Assembly: GCA_050947035.1 (NCBI GenBank)
Contig: JBMNVW010000001.1
Coordinates: 1-46,966, forward strand
Direction: 5' to 3'
Origin: Patescibacteria group bacterium
Lineage (GTDB): Bacteria; Patescibacteriota; Microgenomatia; 0-14-0-10-38-17
DNA: 46,966 nt
The notes below the pieces were generated by a model. The model made no database searches. It was not told where the DNA came from and worked only from the letters and a program-made list of their open reading frames with translations. Position numbers and translations under genes: made by a program. Of this stretch, positions 17,575 through 27,200 are shown in pieces (the first letter of the stretch is position 1; each line of letters starts with the position of its first letter).

Positions 17575-18156
17575 ATGAACGCTAATAATAGCATTTCTCA
17601 ACGGAAACACCTTCGTCTCAAAGGTCACAATTATTCTTCCCCTGGTTGGTATTACCTCACCATCTGTACCCAAGACCGACAATGTTTATTAGGAAAAATA
17701 ATTAATGGGAAAATGAAATTAAATGAATTCGGGAAAATTACCAAAGGAAAAATCAAAGGGTTAGAAAAATATCAGAATATTAATGTTGATATTTATTGTG
17801 TTATGCCCAACCACATTCATTTGATCATCAATATCGTAGGGGCGGACCCCCGTGTCCGCCCATCATCGACGGGATCCTGTGCCCGTCCGAACCAATCAGG
17901 GTTGACACAGGGGTCTATCGGGTCGACACAGGGGTCGACCCCTACGGTGGGTAAATGTGTCAAACGATTTAAAACATTAACCACGCGTATTTATGTTAAA
18001 AATGTCAAAAATAATCATTGGCCACCATTTAAAAAACGCATTTGGCAACGTAATTTTTATGAACACATTATTAGAAACGAAGAAGAATTAAACAGAATCA
18101 GGCGATATATTACCGATAATGTTGTAAATTGGCGGGAGGACGAGAATTATAAATAA
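17575..18156 (+). mobile_element. REP-associated / IS200-superfamily HUH Y1 transposase (RAYT), apparently intact
   Basis: RKHLRLKGHNYS, YYLTICT, MPNHIH (HUH), WQRNFYEHIIRNEEELNRIRRYI (catalytic Tyr). Confidence 0.9.
17836..17945. repeat. Inverted pair of GTAGGGG-type REPs inside the RAYT ORF
   Basis: GTAGGGGCGGACCCCCGTGTCCGCCC (17836-17861) and GGGTCGACACAGGGGTCGACCCCTAC (17920-17945), with partial copies between. Confidence 0.85.
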
Positions 18157-18168
18157 ATCACAATTCAG

Positions 18169-18190
18169 TAAAAATCCTTCCGGATTTTTA
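18169..18190. terminator. Possible bidirectional terminator between the convergent RAYT and rpsJ
   Basis: TAAAAATCC-ttcc-GGATTTTTA, overlapping the rpsJ stop; weak stem. Confidence 0.4.
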
Positions 18191-18496
18191 CATTTTTACT
18201 TCGATATCCACTCCGGCGGGGAGGTCGAGATGTTGGAGGGAATCGATGGTTTTGTTGGTCGGCTCTAAAATATCGACCAGTCTTTTATGAATTAACATTT
18301 CGTAGTGGCCTTGGGCGTCTTTATCGGTGTTAGGAGAAGTAAGGACTGAATATAGCTTTCTTTGCGTTGGCAAGGGAATTGGCCCGGCCACTTTAGCACC
18401 AGTTAACAGAGCGGTTTCGACAATTTTTGCCGCCGCTTCGTCAATAACCCGATGATCGTAAGCTTTTAGGCGAACCCTAACTCGCAAATCAGCCAT
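18188..18496 (-). CDS. rpsJ: 30S ribosomal protein S10
   Basis: RVRLKAYDHRVID, GPIPLPT, HKRLVDI, LDLPAGVDIEVK. Confidence 0.98.
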   Translation of the reverse strand: MADLRVRVRLKAYDHRVIDEAAAKIVETALLTGAKVAGPIPLPTQRKLYSVLTSPNTDKDAQGHYEMLIHKRLVDILEPTNKTIDSLQHLDLPAGVDIEVKM

Positions 18497-18533
18497 ATAA
18501 AAGAGCGGATATTAAAATTTCTAATTCCAACTC

Positions 18534-18588
18534 GCGCGGACTAAAGTCCGCTACTTCGTTTCTTGGAGTAGCGCAATTTATTGCGCGC
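18534..18588. repeat. 55-bp REP doublet downstream of tuf
   Basis: GCGCGGACTAAAGTCCGCTAC-TTCGTTTCTTGGA-GTAGCGCAATTTATTGCGCGC. Confidence 0.9.
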
Positions 18589-18597
18589 TATTGAAAA

Positions 18598-19794
18598 TTA
18601 CTTTATTACTTTCGTAATTACTCCGGCGCCGACGGTTTTACCACCTTCGCGAAGAGCAAACCGAAGACCCTTTTCGGCGGCAATAGGAGTAATTAATTTA
18701 GCTTTAACGTTAACATTATCTCCCGGCATCACCATTTCGGTACCTTCGGGCAAAGTTACCTCACCAGTAACATCAGTAGTGCCAAGATAAAATTGAGGCC
18801 GATACCCAGAAAAGAACGGAGTATGACGACCACCCTCTTCTTTGCTTAGAATATAAACCTCGGCTTCAAATTCGGTGTGAGGAGTAACAGTGCCAGGTTT
18901 GGCAATAACCTGACCTCGCTCAACATCATTTTTTTCCATACCGCGCAATAAAATACCCACGTTATCACCGGCTCTGGCCTCATTCAAGCTTTTTCTAAAC
19001 ATTTCAATCCCGGTAACAACGGTTTTTTGAGTATCACGAAGACCAACAATTTCTACTTCTTCGTTAACTTTCAAAATTCCTCTCTCTACCCGACCGGTAA
19101 CAACCGTGCCTCGACCCTTAATGGAAAAAACATCTTCAATAGCCATAGAAAACGGTTTGTCGGTGTCTCTTTCAAGTTCAGGAATATGGGTGTCAACCGC
19201 TTCCATTAATTCTAAAATTGGCTTGGCCCACTTCTCGTCTTTACCATCAGTCTCCAGGGCTTTTAGAGCCGAACCGCGAATAATCGGAGTTTTTTCACCA
19301 TCAAATTTATATTTAGTTAATAATTCTCTTATCTCCACTTCTACTAAATCAACTAATTCTTCATCGTCAACCAAATCAATCTTATTCAAGAAAACTACAA
19401 TAGAGGGAACATTCACCTGACGAGCCAGTAAAATGTGTTCTCTGGTTTGGGGCATGGGGCCATCGGCGGCGGAAACAACCAGAATTGCTCCATCCATTTG
19501 AGCCGCACCAGTGATCATGTTTTTAACAAAATCGGCGTGGCCGGGACAATCGATATGGGCATAGTGGCGCTTCTCGGTTTCGTATTCGATGTGGGAAATG
19601 TCGATGGTAATACCCCGTTCTTGTTCTTCAGGAGCTTTATCAATTTGGTTAAAATCAAAGGACTCAGTCTTATTACCCGACTGAGTTGATAAAACTTTGG
19701 TGATAGCGGCAGTGAGAGTGGTTTTACCGTGGTCAACGTGACCAATGGTGCCGATGTTCAAATGCGGTTTGGTGCGTTCAAATTTTTCAGCCAT
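18598..19794 (-). CDS. tuf: Elongation factor Tu
   Basis: [35 protein letters not shown]. Confidence 0.99.
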   Translation of the reverse strand: MAEKFERTKPHLNIGTIGHVDHGKTTLTAAITKVLSTQSGNKTESFDFNQIDKAPEEQERGITIDISHIEYETEKRHYAHIDCPGHADFVKNMITGAAQMDGAILVVSAADGPMPQTREHILLARQVNVPSIVVFLNKIDLVDDEELVDLVEVEIRELLTKYKFDGEKTPIIRGSALKALETDGKDEKWAKPILELMEAVDTHIPELERDTDKPFSMAIEDVFSIKGRGTVVTGRVERGILKVNEEVEIVGLRDTQKTVVTGIEMFRKSLNEARAGDNVGILLRGMEKNDVERGQVIAKPGTVTPHTEFEAEVYILSKEEGGRHTPFFSGYRPQFYLGTTDVTGEVTLPEGTEMVMPGDNVNVKAKLITPIAAEKGLRFALREGGKTVGAGVITKVIK

Positions 19795-19866
19795 GTATTG
19801 GTAATTTTATTATAATTTTTTGCTTTTTGCAAATTAAAAGCCTCATTTGCCTGAGGCTAATCTCTA

Positions 19867-19953
19867 GCGCAGACTAAAGTCTGCTACTTCGTTTCTTGGA
19901 GTAGCGCAATTTATTGCGCGCCAATCTTTCTGGCGCGGAGTAAACTCCGCTAC
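19867..19953. repeat. 55-bp REP doublet plus a third REP upstream of tuf
   Basis: 19867-19921 differs from 18534-18588 at two positions; GCGCGGAGTAAACTCCGCTAC at 19933-19953. Confidence 0.9.
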
Positions 19954-20030
19954 TTCTTTGCCTCTCTTTGAGGCTGGTTCTTAATATATCAAACTCTTTC
20001 CATTTTGGCAAGAGGGAAAACCTTATAAAT

Positions 20031-20128
20031 TTCCAATTGACCCAATTGCTCCAATTAACCCAAAAAAGTTTCCAATTAACCCATTGACCCAATTGACCCA
20101 AAAAAATAACCAATTTCCAAAACCCAAT
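20031..20128. repeat. 9-nt/7-nt periodic arm at the 3' flank of a four-helix-bundle gene
   Basis: Repeated CCAATTGAC/CCAATTAAC units, then CCAATTTCCAAAACCCAAT. Confidence 0.8.
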
Positions 20129-20130
20129 GC

Positions 20131-20505
20131 TTATTTTACTTTATTATAAATAGAGTTAAAGATTAAGGTAAGCTCTTTTGCCTCGGTCCACAATTTTTGC
20201 GCTTCATTCTTTTCTTGAGAAACAGCCTGACCGACCATTCTTAAAAAATGTTTTGATTCCTTCGCTTCTTTTTTAGAAATAGCGATTTTGTGTTTAAAAT
20301 CCTTCTTGGACTCGGCGTTATCTGCTTCACAATAATTAGCCCCAATACTAGTAGCCGCCTTAACCAACTGAGTAATAAGAGGTTTTGTTATCTCATTCTT
20401 CGGCAAATTTAAACAAAAAGAGATAACATCTTCTCCAAACTTAGCCGTTCTTTCTTCAAGGTTAAATTTTTCTAGCTGGTCCTGCTTATTTTTACCGTCA
20501 GCCAT
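20131..20505 (-). CDS. Four-helix-bundle protein (TIGR02436 / 23S rRNA IVP-like), between fusA and tuf
   Basis: LEERTAKF, QLVKAATSIGANYCEA, ESKKDFKHKIAISKKEAKES. ATG at 20505 preferred over the TTG at 20520. Confidence 0.92.
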   Translation of the reverse strand: MADGKNKQDQLEKFNLEERTAKFGEDVISFCLNLPKNEITKPLITQLVKAATSIGANYCEADNAESKKDFKHKIAISKKEAKESKHFLRMVGQAVSQEKNEAQKLWTEAKELTLIFNSIYNKVK

Positions 20506-20538
20506 TTCTTGGGCAAGCAAAAACTAGTTTTTTTTGTT

Positions 20539-20589
20539 AATTGGAAATTGGGATTTGTTTGGAAATTGGAAATTGGAAATTGGAAATTA
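20539..20589. repeat. 7-nt tandem arm (AAATTGG)n at the 5' flank of the four-helix-bundle gene
   Basis: AATTGGAAATTGGGATTTGTTTGGAAATTGGAAATTGGAAATTGGAAATT, inverted relative to 20031-20128. Confidence 0.85.
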
Positions 20590-20591
20590 TC

Positions 20592-22709
20592 TTACTTCTC
20601 TTCTTCTCCTCTTGTCTTAGCGACTAGGTCTTCTTGAATATTTCGAGGCAGTTCTTGGTAGTGGGACGGCTCCATGTAGAAAGAAGCCCGACCGCCGGTA
20701 ATATTTCTAACCGCGGTAGCATAGCCTGATAGTCCGGCCAAAGGTGCTTCAGCAGTAATCACCCGGGTATTGCCTCTAACCTTACTACCGCCAATTTGTC
20801 CCCGTCGGGAAGAAATATCGCCGATTACCTGGCCCATGAATTCTTCCGGACAGGTAACCTCTAGCTTCATAATCGGCTCTAAAACCTTGGGGGCTGCTCT
20901 CTTGGCCGCGGCCTGAAGGGCAATTGAGCCGGCAATCTTAAAAGCCATTTCCGAAGAATCAACATCATGAAAAGACCCATCAAAAACAACCACTTTCATA
21001 TCTACTAAGGGATAACCGGCCACAATTCCTTTATCCATGGCTTCAATAACCCCTTTTTCGATGGCCGGAATAAATTCTTGAGGAATTCGACCCCCCTTAA
21101 TTTCGGAATCAAACTCAAAGCCTTCACCCCGCCCCTTGGGTTCAACCCGTAACAAACAGTGGCCATATTGGCCCCGCCCACCAGACTGGCGGATATATTT
21201 TCCTTCCGCTTCCTCAATTTTGCTAATCGTTTCCCGATAGGCAATTTGAGGACTACCGGTACGTACTTTAAGACCAAACTCCCGGCGCAAACGCTCTACC
21301 AAAATCTCCAAATGCAGCTCTCCCATACCGGAAATTAGGGTTTGGCCGGTTTCTTGATTGGTTTTTACTCTAAAAGTAGGGTCCTCATCAGAAAGCCGCC
21401 CTAAAGATTTAGCTAATTTTTCCTGATCGGCCCGGGCTTCCGGTTCGATAGCCAAAGAAATTACCGGCTCAGGGAAAGAAATGGCTTCCAATAAAATCGG
21501 CTCATCTTTAGAACACAAAGCATCCCCGGTTTTAACATTGTCAAGACCAATAACGGCCACAATTTCCCCGGCATAGGCCTGGTCAATTTCTTCTCTTTTA
21601 TTAGCATGCATTAACAGCAGACGACCAATTCGCTCACTGTTTCTGGTGTTGGCGTTATAAGCTGAAGAACCGGCCTCTAGAGTACCGGAATAAATTCGTA
21701 AATAAGTTAGCTTGCCCACATGGGGATCGGTTTGGATTTTAAAAGCCAAAGCGCAAAACGGCTCTTTATTATCCGGCTTTCGGCTAATTTCCTCATCGGT
21801 GGCCGGATCCTTACCGGTAACCGGCGGCACATCCAAGGGGGAAGGCAAGAAATCTACCACCCCGTCAATCACCGGCTGAACGCCTTTATTTCGCAAAGAA
21901 GTGCCGCAATAAAGAGGAACAACCTTGTTAGCAATAGTGGCCCGACGAATACCGGCAATCAAATCTTTAGTAGAAATCTCTTCATCGGCCAAATACTTTT
22001 CCATTAGGGCTTCATCTTCACCCGCCACCAATTCCACTAAGCCGGCCCTGGTTTTTGCTAGCTTTTCTTTTAAATCGTCTGGAACCGGTATTTCTTTAAC
22101 TTTGGCCCCTAATTCATCATCCTCCCAAATATAGGCTTTTTGATCTAAAACATGGACGATACCACGAAAAGACTGTTCTTTGCCAATAGGAAGAGCAATA
22201 ATAGCCAGCTTGGCCGCCAGTCTTTCTTCAATCATGGCTACCGACCCGGCAAAATCGGCTCCTAACTTGTCCATTTTGTTCAAAAAACAAATTCGGGGCA
22301 CCTGATAGCGATCGGCCTGACGCCAAACCGTCTCTGATTGGGCCTGAACTCCTTCTTCGGCGTCAAAAACCATCACTGCCCCATCCAAAACCCGCAAAGA
22401 CCGCTCCACCTCAGCCGTAAAATCAACGTGGCCCGGTGTATCGATAATATTAATCCGATGATCTTTCCAAAAAGTAGTCGTAGCCGCTGATTGGATGGTA
22501 ATACCCCGTTCTTTTTCCTGGTCCATCCAGTCCATTTGAGTATCACCCTCGTCAATATCACCAATTTTATAGGTCTTGCCGGTGTAATAGAGAATCCGCT
22601 CGGTGGTGGTGGTTTTACCAGCATCAATATGGGCAATAATACCGATATTTCTAATTCGGTCTAGAAAAATGTTTCGATCTTCGGTTTTAGTAATTTGTCC
22701 GTTAGCCAT
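20592..22709 (-). CDS. fusA: Elongation factor G
   Basis: AHIDAGKTTTTERIL, ERGITIQSAA, DTPGHVDF, GMGELHLEI, HDVDSSEMAF. Confidence 0.99.
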   Translation of the reverse strand: MANGQITKTEDRNIFLDRIRNIGIIAHIDAGKTTTTERILYYTGKTYKIGDIDEGDTQMDWMDQEKERGITIQSAATTTFWKDHRINIIDTPGHVDFTAEVERSLRVLDGAVMVFDAEEGVQAQSETVWRQADRYQVPRICFLNKMDKLGADFAGSVAMIEERLAAKLAIIALPIGKEQSFRGIVHVLDQKAYIWEDDELGAKVKEIPVPDDLKEKLAKTRAGLVELVAGEDEALMEKYLADEEISTKDLIAGIRRATIANKVVPLYCGTSLRNKGVQPVIDGVVDFLPSPLDVPPVTGKDPATDEEISRKPDNKEPFCALAFKIQTDPHVGKLTYLRIYSGTLEAGSSAYNANTRNSERIGRLLLMHANKREEIDQAYAGEIVAVIGLDNVKTGDALCSKDEPILLEAISFPEPVISLAIEPEARADQEKLAKSLGRLSDEDPTFRVKTNQETGQTLISGMGELHLEILVERLRREFGLKVRTGSPQIAYRETISKIEEAEGKYIRQSGGRGQYGHCLLRVEPKGRGEGFEFDSEIKGGRIPQEFIPAIEKGVIEAMDKGIVAGYPLVDMKVVVFDGSFHDVDSSEMAFKIAGSIALQAAAKRAAPKVLEPIMKLEVTCPEEFMGQVIGDISSRRGQIGGSKVRGNTRVITAEAPLAGLSGYATAVRNITGGRASFYMEPSHYQELPRNIQEDLVAKTRGEEEK

Positions 22710-22720
22710 AATAATTTTTA

Positions 22721-22848
22721 AAATTACAAATCACAATTTATTTCCAAACAAATCTCAAATTACAATATTCAAACAATAATTTAAATTAAGCCTGGGATTT
22801 GAAAAATTGGAATCGTTTGGAAATTGTCATTTGGGATTTGAGATTTAC
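22721..22848. repeat. 7-nt periodic inverted-arm element with no gene inside, filling the rpsG-fusA spacer
   Basis: AAATTACAAATCACAATTTATTTCCAAACAAATCTCAAATTACAA ... TTGGAATCGTTTGGAAATTGTCATTTGGGATTTGAGATTT. Confidence 0.8.
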
Positions 22849-22852
22849 TAAT

Positions 22853-23329
22853 TTACCAGCGGAAGTGGCTGAAGGCTTTGTTGGCTTCGGCCATTCGGTG
22901 AGTATCTTCTTTTTTCTTAATGGCCAAGCCCTCATTTTTAACGGCGTCAACAATCTCCGCGGCCAATTTTTTGGCAAAAGTATGATATTCCTTGTTGGGC
23001 CGGGTTCTGGCCGCATCCACCAACCAACGAATAGCCAAAGACCGTTGGCGACGGCTTGATACCGGCATCGGAATCTGATAGGCGGCTCCGCCAATTCGCC
23101 TTGGTCGAACCTCCATTTGCGGCTTAATATTATCAATTGCCTCTTCCAAAACTGCCAAAGGTTCTTTTTTAGTCTTTTTAGCAGCTTCCTCCAAGGCCTG
23201 ATAAACGTGTTTTTGGGCAATAGTTTTTTTGCCCGAGATCATAACTTGATTAATAATTTTGGCCACCAACAGGCTGTCAAATTTAGGATCAGTCTCTGCC
23301 TTTCTTAGTTTTGCTTTTTTTCCACGCAT
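22853..23329 (-). CDS. rpsG: 30S ribosomal protein S7
   Basis: GKKTIAQ, EVRPRRIGGAAYQIP, HRMAEANKAFSHFRW. Confidence 0.99.
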   Translation of the reverse strand: MRGKKAKLRKAETDPKFDSLLVAKIINQVMISGKKTIAQKHVYQALEEAAKKTKKEPLAVLEEAIDNIKPQMEVRPRRIGGAAYQIPMPVSSRRQRSLAIRWLVDAARTRPNKEYHTFAKKLAAEIVDAVKNEGLAIKKKEDTHRMAEANKAFSHFRW

Positions 23330-23353
23330 AAAAAATTATTTTAATAATTTTTA

Positions 23354-23440
23354 AAATTACAAATCACAAATATCAATTTATTTCCAAATAAATTTCAAAT
23401 AACAATATTCAAACAATGATTTAAACTAAGTTTGGAATTT
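23354..23440. repeat. 7-nt periodic arm in the rpsL-rpsG spacer
   Basis: AAATTACAAATCACAAATATCAATTTATTTCCAAATAAATTTCAAATAACAATATTCAAACA, a near copy of 22721-22775. Confidence 0.8.
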
Positions 23441-23448
23441 TCCCTCAT

Positions 23449-23865
23449 TTATTTCTCTTGCGGCATTTTTGAGCCATATTTACTTCTTGATGTTTTCCGA
23501 TCAGCCACCCCTTCAACATCGTATTTACCCCGGATAATATGATATTTAATGCCCGGCAAGTCCTTGACTCGACCACCACGGACCATTACTCTGGCGTGTT
23601 CAACAATATTGTGGCCTTCACCAGGAATATAGGCAGTTATTTCTTGGCCATTAGAAAGCCTAACCCGGGCTACCTTTCGCAGGGCCGAATTAGGCCGTTT
23701 TGGCGTCATCGTTTTAGTCTGTAAAACTACTCCTCGTTTTTGAGGATTAATAGTTTTGACCATCTGTCTTTTAGCGGCATTAAAAGAACCACGTAAAGTT
23801 GTGGCCTTAACCGCTTTTTTCTTCTGTTTACGACCCTTTCTGGTTAATTGATTTATTGTTGGCAC
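23449..23865 (-). CDS. rpsL: 30S ribosomal protein S12 (GTG start)
   Basis: [38 protein letters not shown]. Confidence 0.99.
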   Translation of the reverse strand: MPTINQLTRKGRKQKKKAVKATTLRGSFNAAKRQMVKTINPQKRGVVLQTKTMTPKRPNSALRKVARVRLSNGQEITAYIPGEGHNIVEHARVMVRGGRVKDLPGIKYHIIRGKYDVEGVADRKTSRSKYGSKMPQEK

Positions 23866-23895
23866 CCTAGTTAATTTTCAATTATTAATTCTTAA

Positions 23896-23915
23896 CCTGC
23901 CTGCCGGCAAGCAGG
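23896..23915. repeat. 20-nt palindrome inserted into a 7-nt array
   Basis: CCTGCCTGCCGGCAAGCAGG; removing it restores a sequence like the uninterrupted one at about 27932-27968. Confidence 0.75.
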
Positions 23916-23958
23916 TTTTTATTCAATTTCTAATGATTTAATTTAAAAAATTTCCTTC

Positions 23959-24047
23959 GTCATCCTGATCCGCCAACTGGCGGAGAAGGATCCCGTCCTT
24001 GGTTGCCTTTCTCGGTCGGGATTCTTCGGGAGTACCCTCAGAATGAC
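23959..24047. repeat. GTCAT...ATGAC palindromic element (89 nt)
   Basis: GTCATCCTGA-TCCGCCAACTGGCGGA-GAAGGATCCC...GGGATTCTTCGGGAGTACCCTCAGAATGAC. Confidence 0.88.
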
Positions 24048-24059
24048 GAAAAAAGAAAA

Positions 24060-24131
24060 GCGCGAACTACTTGTCCGCCTTTGGCGGAAGGTTCGCTACT
24101 CCACAAACTGGCGCGGATTAAAATCCGCTAC
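24060..24131. repeat. Two GTAG-type REPs; the first is interrupted by a 19-nt insert
   Basis: GCGCGAACTA[CTTGTCCGCCTTTGGCGGA]AGGTTCGCTAC and GCGCGGATTAAAATCCGCTAC. Confidence 0.85.
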
Positions 24132-24186
24132 TTCAAATTTTGAACAACCCTGAACCCTTTGTGGTTCACGGGTTGGACTGCTAACT

Positions 24187-24195
24187 ATTATATCA
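24187..24195 (-). promoter_or_regulatory. Extended -10 promoter upstream of the rpsL operon
   Basis: TGaTATAAT on the minus strand just after the rpoC stop; no clear -35. Confidence 0.5.
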
Positions 24196-24203
24196 TCCTA
24201 AAG

Positions 24204-27200
24204 TCAAAAATCTAGCCAGTCTTCGTTGACTTTAGCCCGTTCGGGAGTAGTGGGAATCAAGCGGCCAATAATAACATTCTCTTTTAACCCAATCAGGGGG
24301 TCAATTTTACCCTTGAGGGAAGAGTTGGTTAAAACATTAGTCGTGGTTTGGAAAGAGGCGGCTGATAACCAGGAATTAGTCGTTAAAGCAGTTCGGCTAA
24401 TACCCAAAACGATTCTTTTGCCTTGGGCCGGCTGTTTACTGGCTTTTCTTGCTTTTCTGTTTTCAGCTCGGAATACTTCCCAATCAACATCACTATCAAT
24501 AATCAAATCCGTATCTCCGGCCGAAGAAACATGAACCTTGCTAGACATTTTTCTAATAATGACTTCAAAGTGCCGATCGTTAATGCCAATCCCCTGCGAC
24601 TCATAAACGCCTTGAATTTCGGCCAATAAATATTTTTGCGCCTCTTCTCGGCCACGAACTTTCAAGACATCTTCAATATCCAAAGCCCCAGCCGCTAATT
24701 GAGTTCCAGCCAAAATCTTATCACCCTTCTTTACTTTCAATTCTAATATCGCCGGGACATAATATTCCCTGGCATCGTCATCATTAGTGATAACTATTAA
24801 GTTGCCATCCTCTTTTTTCTTAATTGTTACCTTGCCGTCAATTTCGGCAATTGGTGACATGGACTTAGGAGTTCTGGTCTCGAACAACTCCTCAACTCGA
24901 GGCAGACCTTGAGTAACGTCAGCCCCAATTACTCCGCCAGAGTGCTTGGTTCTCATCGTCAGCTGAGTCCCCGGCTCACCGATTGACTGGGCGGCCAAAA
25001 CTCCCACCGGAGTGCCAATTTCGGCTAATTTTCTCGTAGAAAAATCCCAACCATAACATTTAGAGCAAACCCCATAAGGGGTTTGGCAAGTTAAGGCCGA
25101 ACGAACAACAACGGAATCAATCTTTTCTTTCTTAATTAGGCTCAGAGCTTTTTCGTTAATAATTTCATTCTGTTTTATTAGGGTTTTTCGACCTTTTTTA
25201 ACCGGTTCAGCCAAAAATCGACCCAGAACCCGCGCTTCAAATTTCTCCGCTCGTAGTCCTTTTCGGCTAATTTTAATTCCCTTCTTAGTACCACAATCTT
25301 CTTCGCGAACCAACATGTCGTGGGCGGCATCAACTAATCTTCTAGTTAAATAGCCAGCATCGGCAGTTTTTAGAGCCGTGTCGGTTAATCCTTTTCGGGA
25401 GCCACGAGCCGAAGTGATGTATTCAAAAACAGATAGTCCCTCTCTAAAATTAGATTTAGTCGGCATAGGAACAATGTTGCCCATCGGATCAACCAATAAA
25501 CCTCGCATGGCCGATAATTGTTTTACTTGGTCACGAGAAGCCCGAGAAACTTTAGCATCAATAATTAGTTTTACCGGAGAGGTCTCGTCAAATAATTCCC
25601 AGGTTTTGTCAGCCAACTCTTCAGTGGTTTCGATCCAAATTTGCTGGGCTAAACGCTCTTTTTCTGATTCAGTAATTAAGCCTTGTCCAAAGCTTTCATT
25701 AACTTCCAAAACTCTCTTTTCCGCCTGAGCGATAACCTTGTCTTTATTAGGATAAAGTAGGTTATCATTGACCCCAACTGATAAACCAGAAATTGTCCCC
25801 GCCCAAAAACCCAAATCTTTTACTTTATCAATCATCTCTACGACCAATTCCTTATCATTATTATTTAAAAGCTGGTTGAAAATTTTCTTTAAAAGGGTAG
25901 AGTCGACGTTTTCGTTAACAAAACTAATTTCTTCGGGTAGAATTTTATTGAAAATAATCCGACCAACGGAGGTTTTTACTTCTTTGCCTTGATACCAAGC
26001 CTTGACTGGCTGGCGCAACCCTAATTTGCCGCGCTGATAGGCTAAAATTGCCTCATTAAAATCTAAAACAGAAGAATAGGCCTTGCCGACAGGATCAATT
26101 GTGGTCAAATAATAAATCCCCAAGGCCATCTCTTTTCGGCTGGGAACAGAAACCGGTGAGCCATCGGCCGGCTTCAACAAATTGTTAGAAGGGGTCATTT
26201 TTTCAATTGCCTCCACTTGGGCCTCTTCTGACAAGGGCAAGTGAACGGCCATTTGGTCACCATCAAAATCGGCATTAAAACCAGAGCAAACACAAGGATG
26301 AAGCTTAATTGCCAAACCATCAACCAAAACCGGATAAAAAGCTTGGACCGAAAGTTTATGAAGAGTTGGGGCTCGATTCAACAAGACCACCTTATTTTTT
26401 ACCACTTTAGCTAAGACGTCATAAACTTCCGGCGGGCGCTGTTCTAAAACCACTTTCGCCGAACGAATATTGGGAGCCAAACCCTGGATAATCATTTCAT
26501 GTAAAACATGAGGCTTAAACATTTCTAGAGCAATTTCTTTAGGCAAACCGCACTGGTCAAGTTTTAATTTTGGCCCGACAATAATTACTGAACGACCAGA
26601 ATAATCAACTCTTTTACCCAGCAAGTTCTGACGGAAACGACCTTTTTTACCTTTAAGCATTTCCGACAAGGAGCGTAGCTCTCGATAAGAAGATCGCTGC
26701 CGACGACGAATTTGAGAAGAATCAATTAAGTTGTCAACCGCCTCCTGAAGCATCCGCTTTTCATTTCGCAAAATAATTTCCGGAGCACCAATATCAATTA
26801 AGTTATTAAGTCTATTATTACGGTTAATAACTCGCCGATAAAGGTCGTTAAGATCAGAAGTAGCAAATTTACCCCCGGTTAATTGAACCATTGGTCTTAA
26901 ATCAGGTGGTAAAACCGGCAAAATATCCATGATCATCCAAACCGGATCAATCTCCGCCTCAATCAGGTCATTAATTAAAGTAATACGCTGATAAAGTTTT
27001 CTTAACTTGGTTTTACTGCGAGTTTCTTTGGTAGCTTTCTTAAGCTCTTTTAAAGTCTTTTTTAGATCTAGCTTCTTAATTGCCGAAATTAGGCCTTCGG
27101 CCCCCATTTTGGCGGTAAAGAAATCGCCGGCCCCATGATCGCAAAGAGTAAAATATTCATCTTCGGAAAGAAAGTCCAGAAAAGCCATCGATTTAACCTT

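Noticed and set aside
23690-23710. Streptomycin-resistance allele in rpsL (PKRPNSA)
   Set aside because: The Arg replaces the second Lys of PKKPNSA. The classical resistance position is the first Lys, which is intact, as is the Lys in RVKDLPG.
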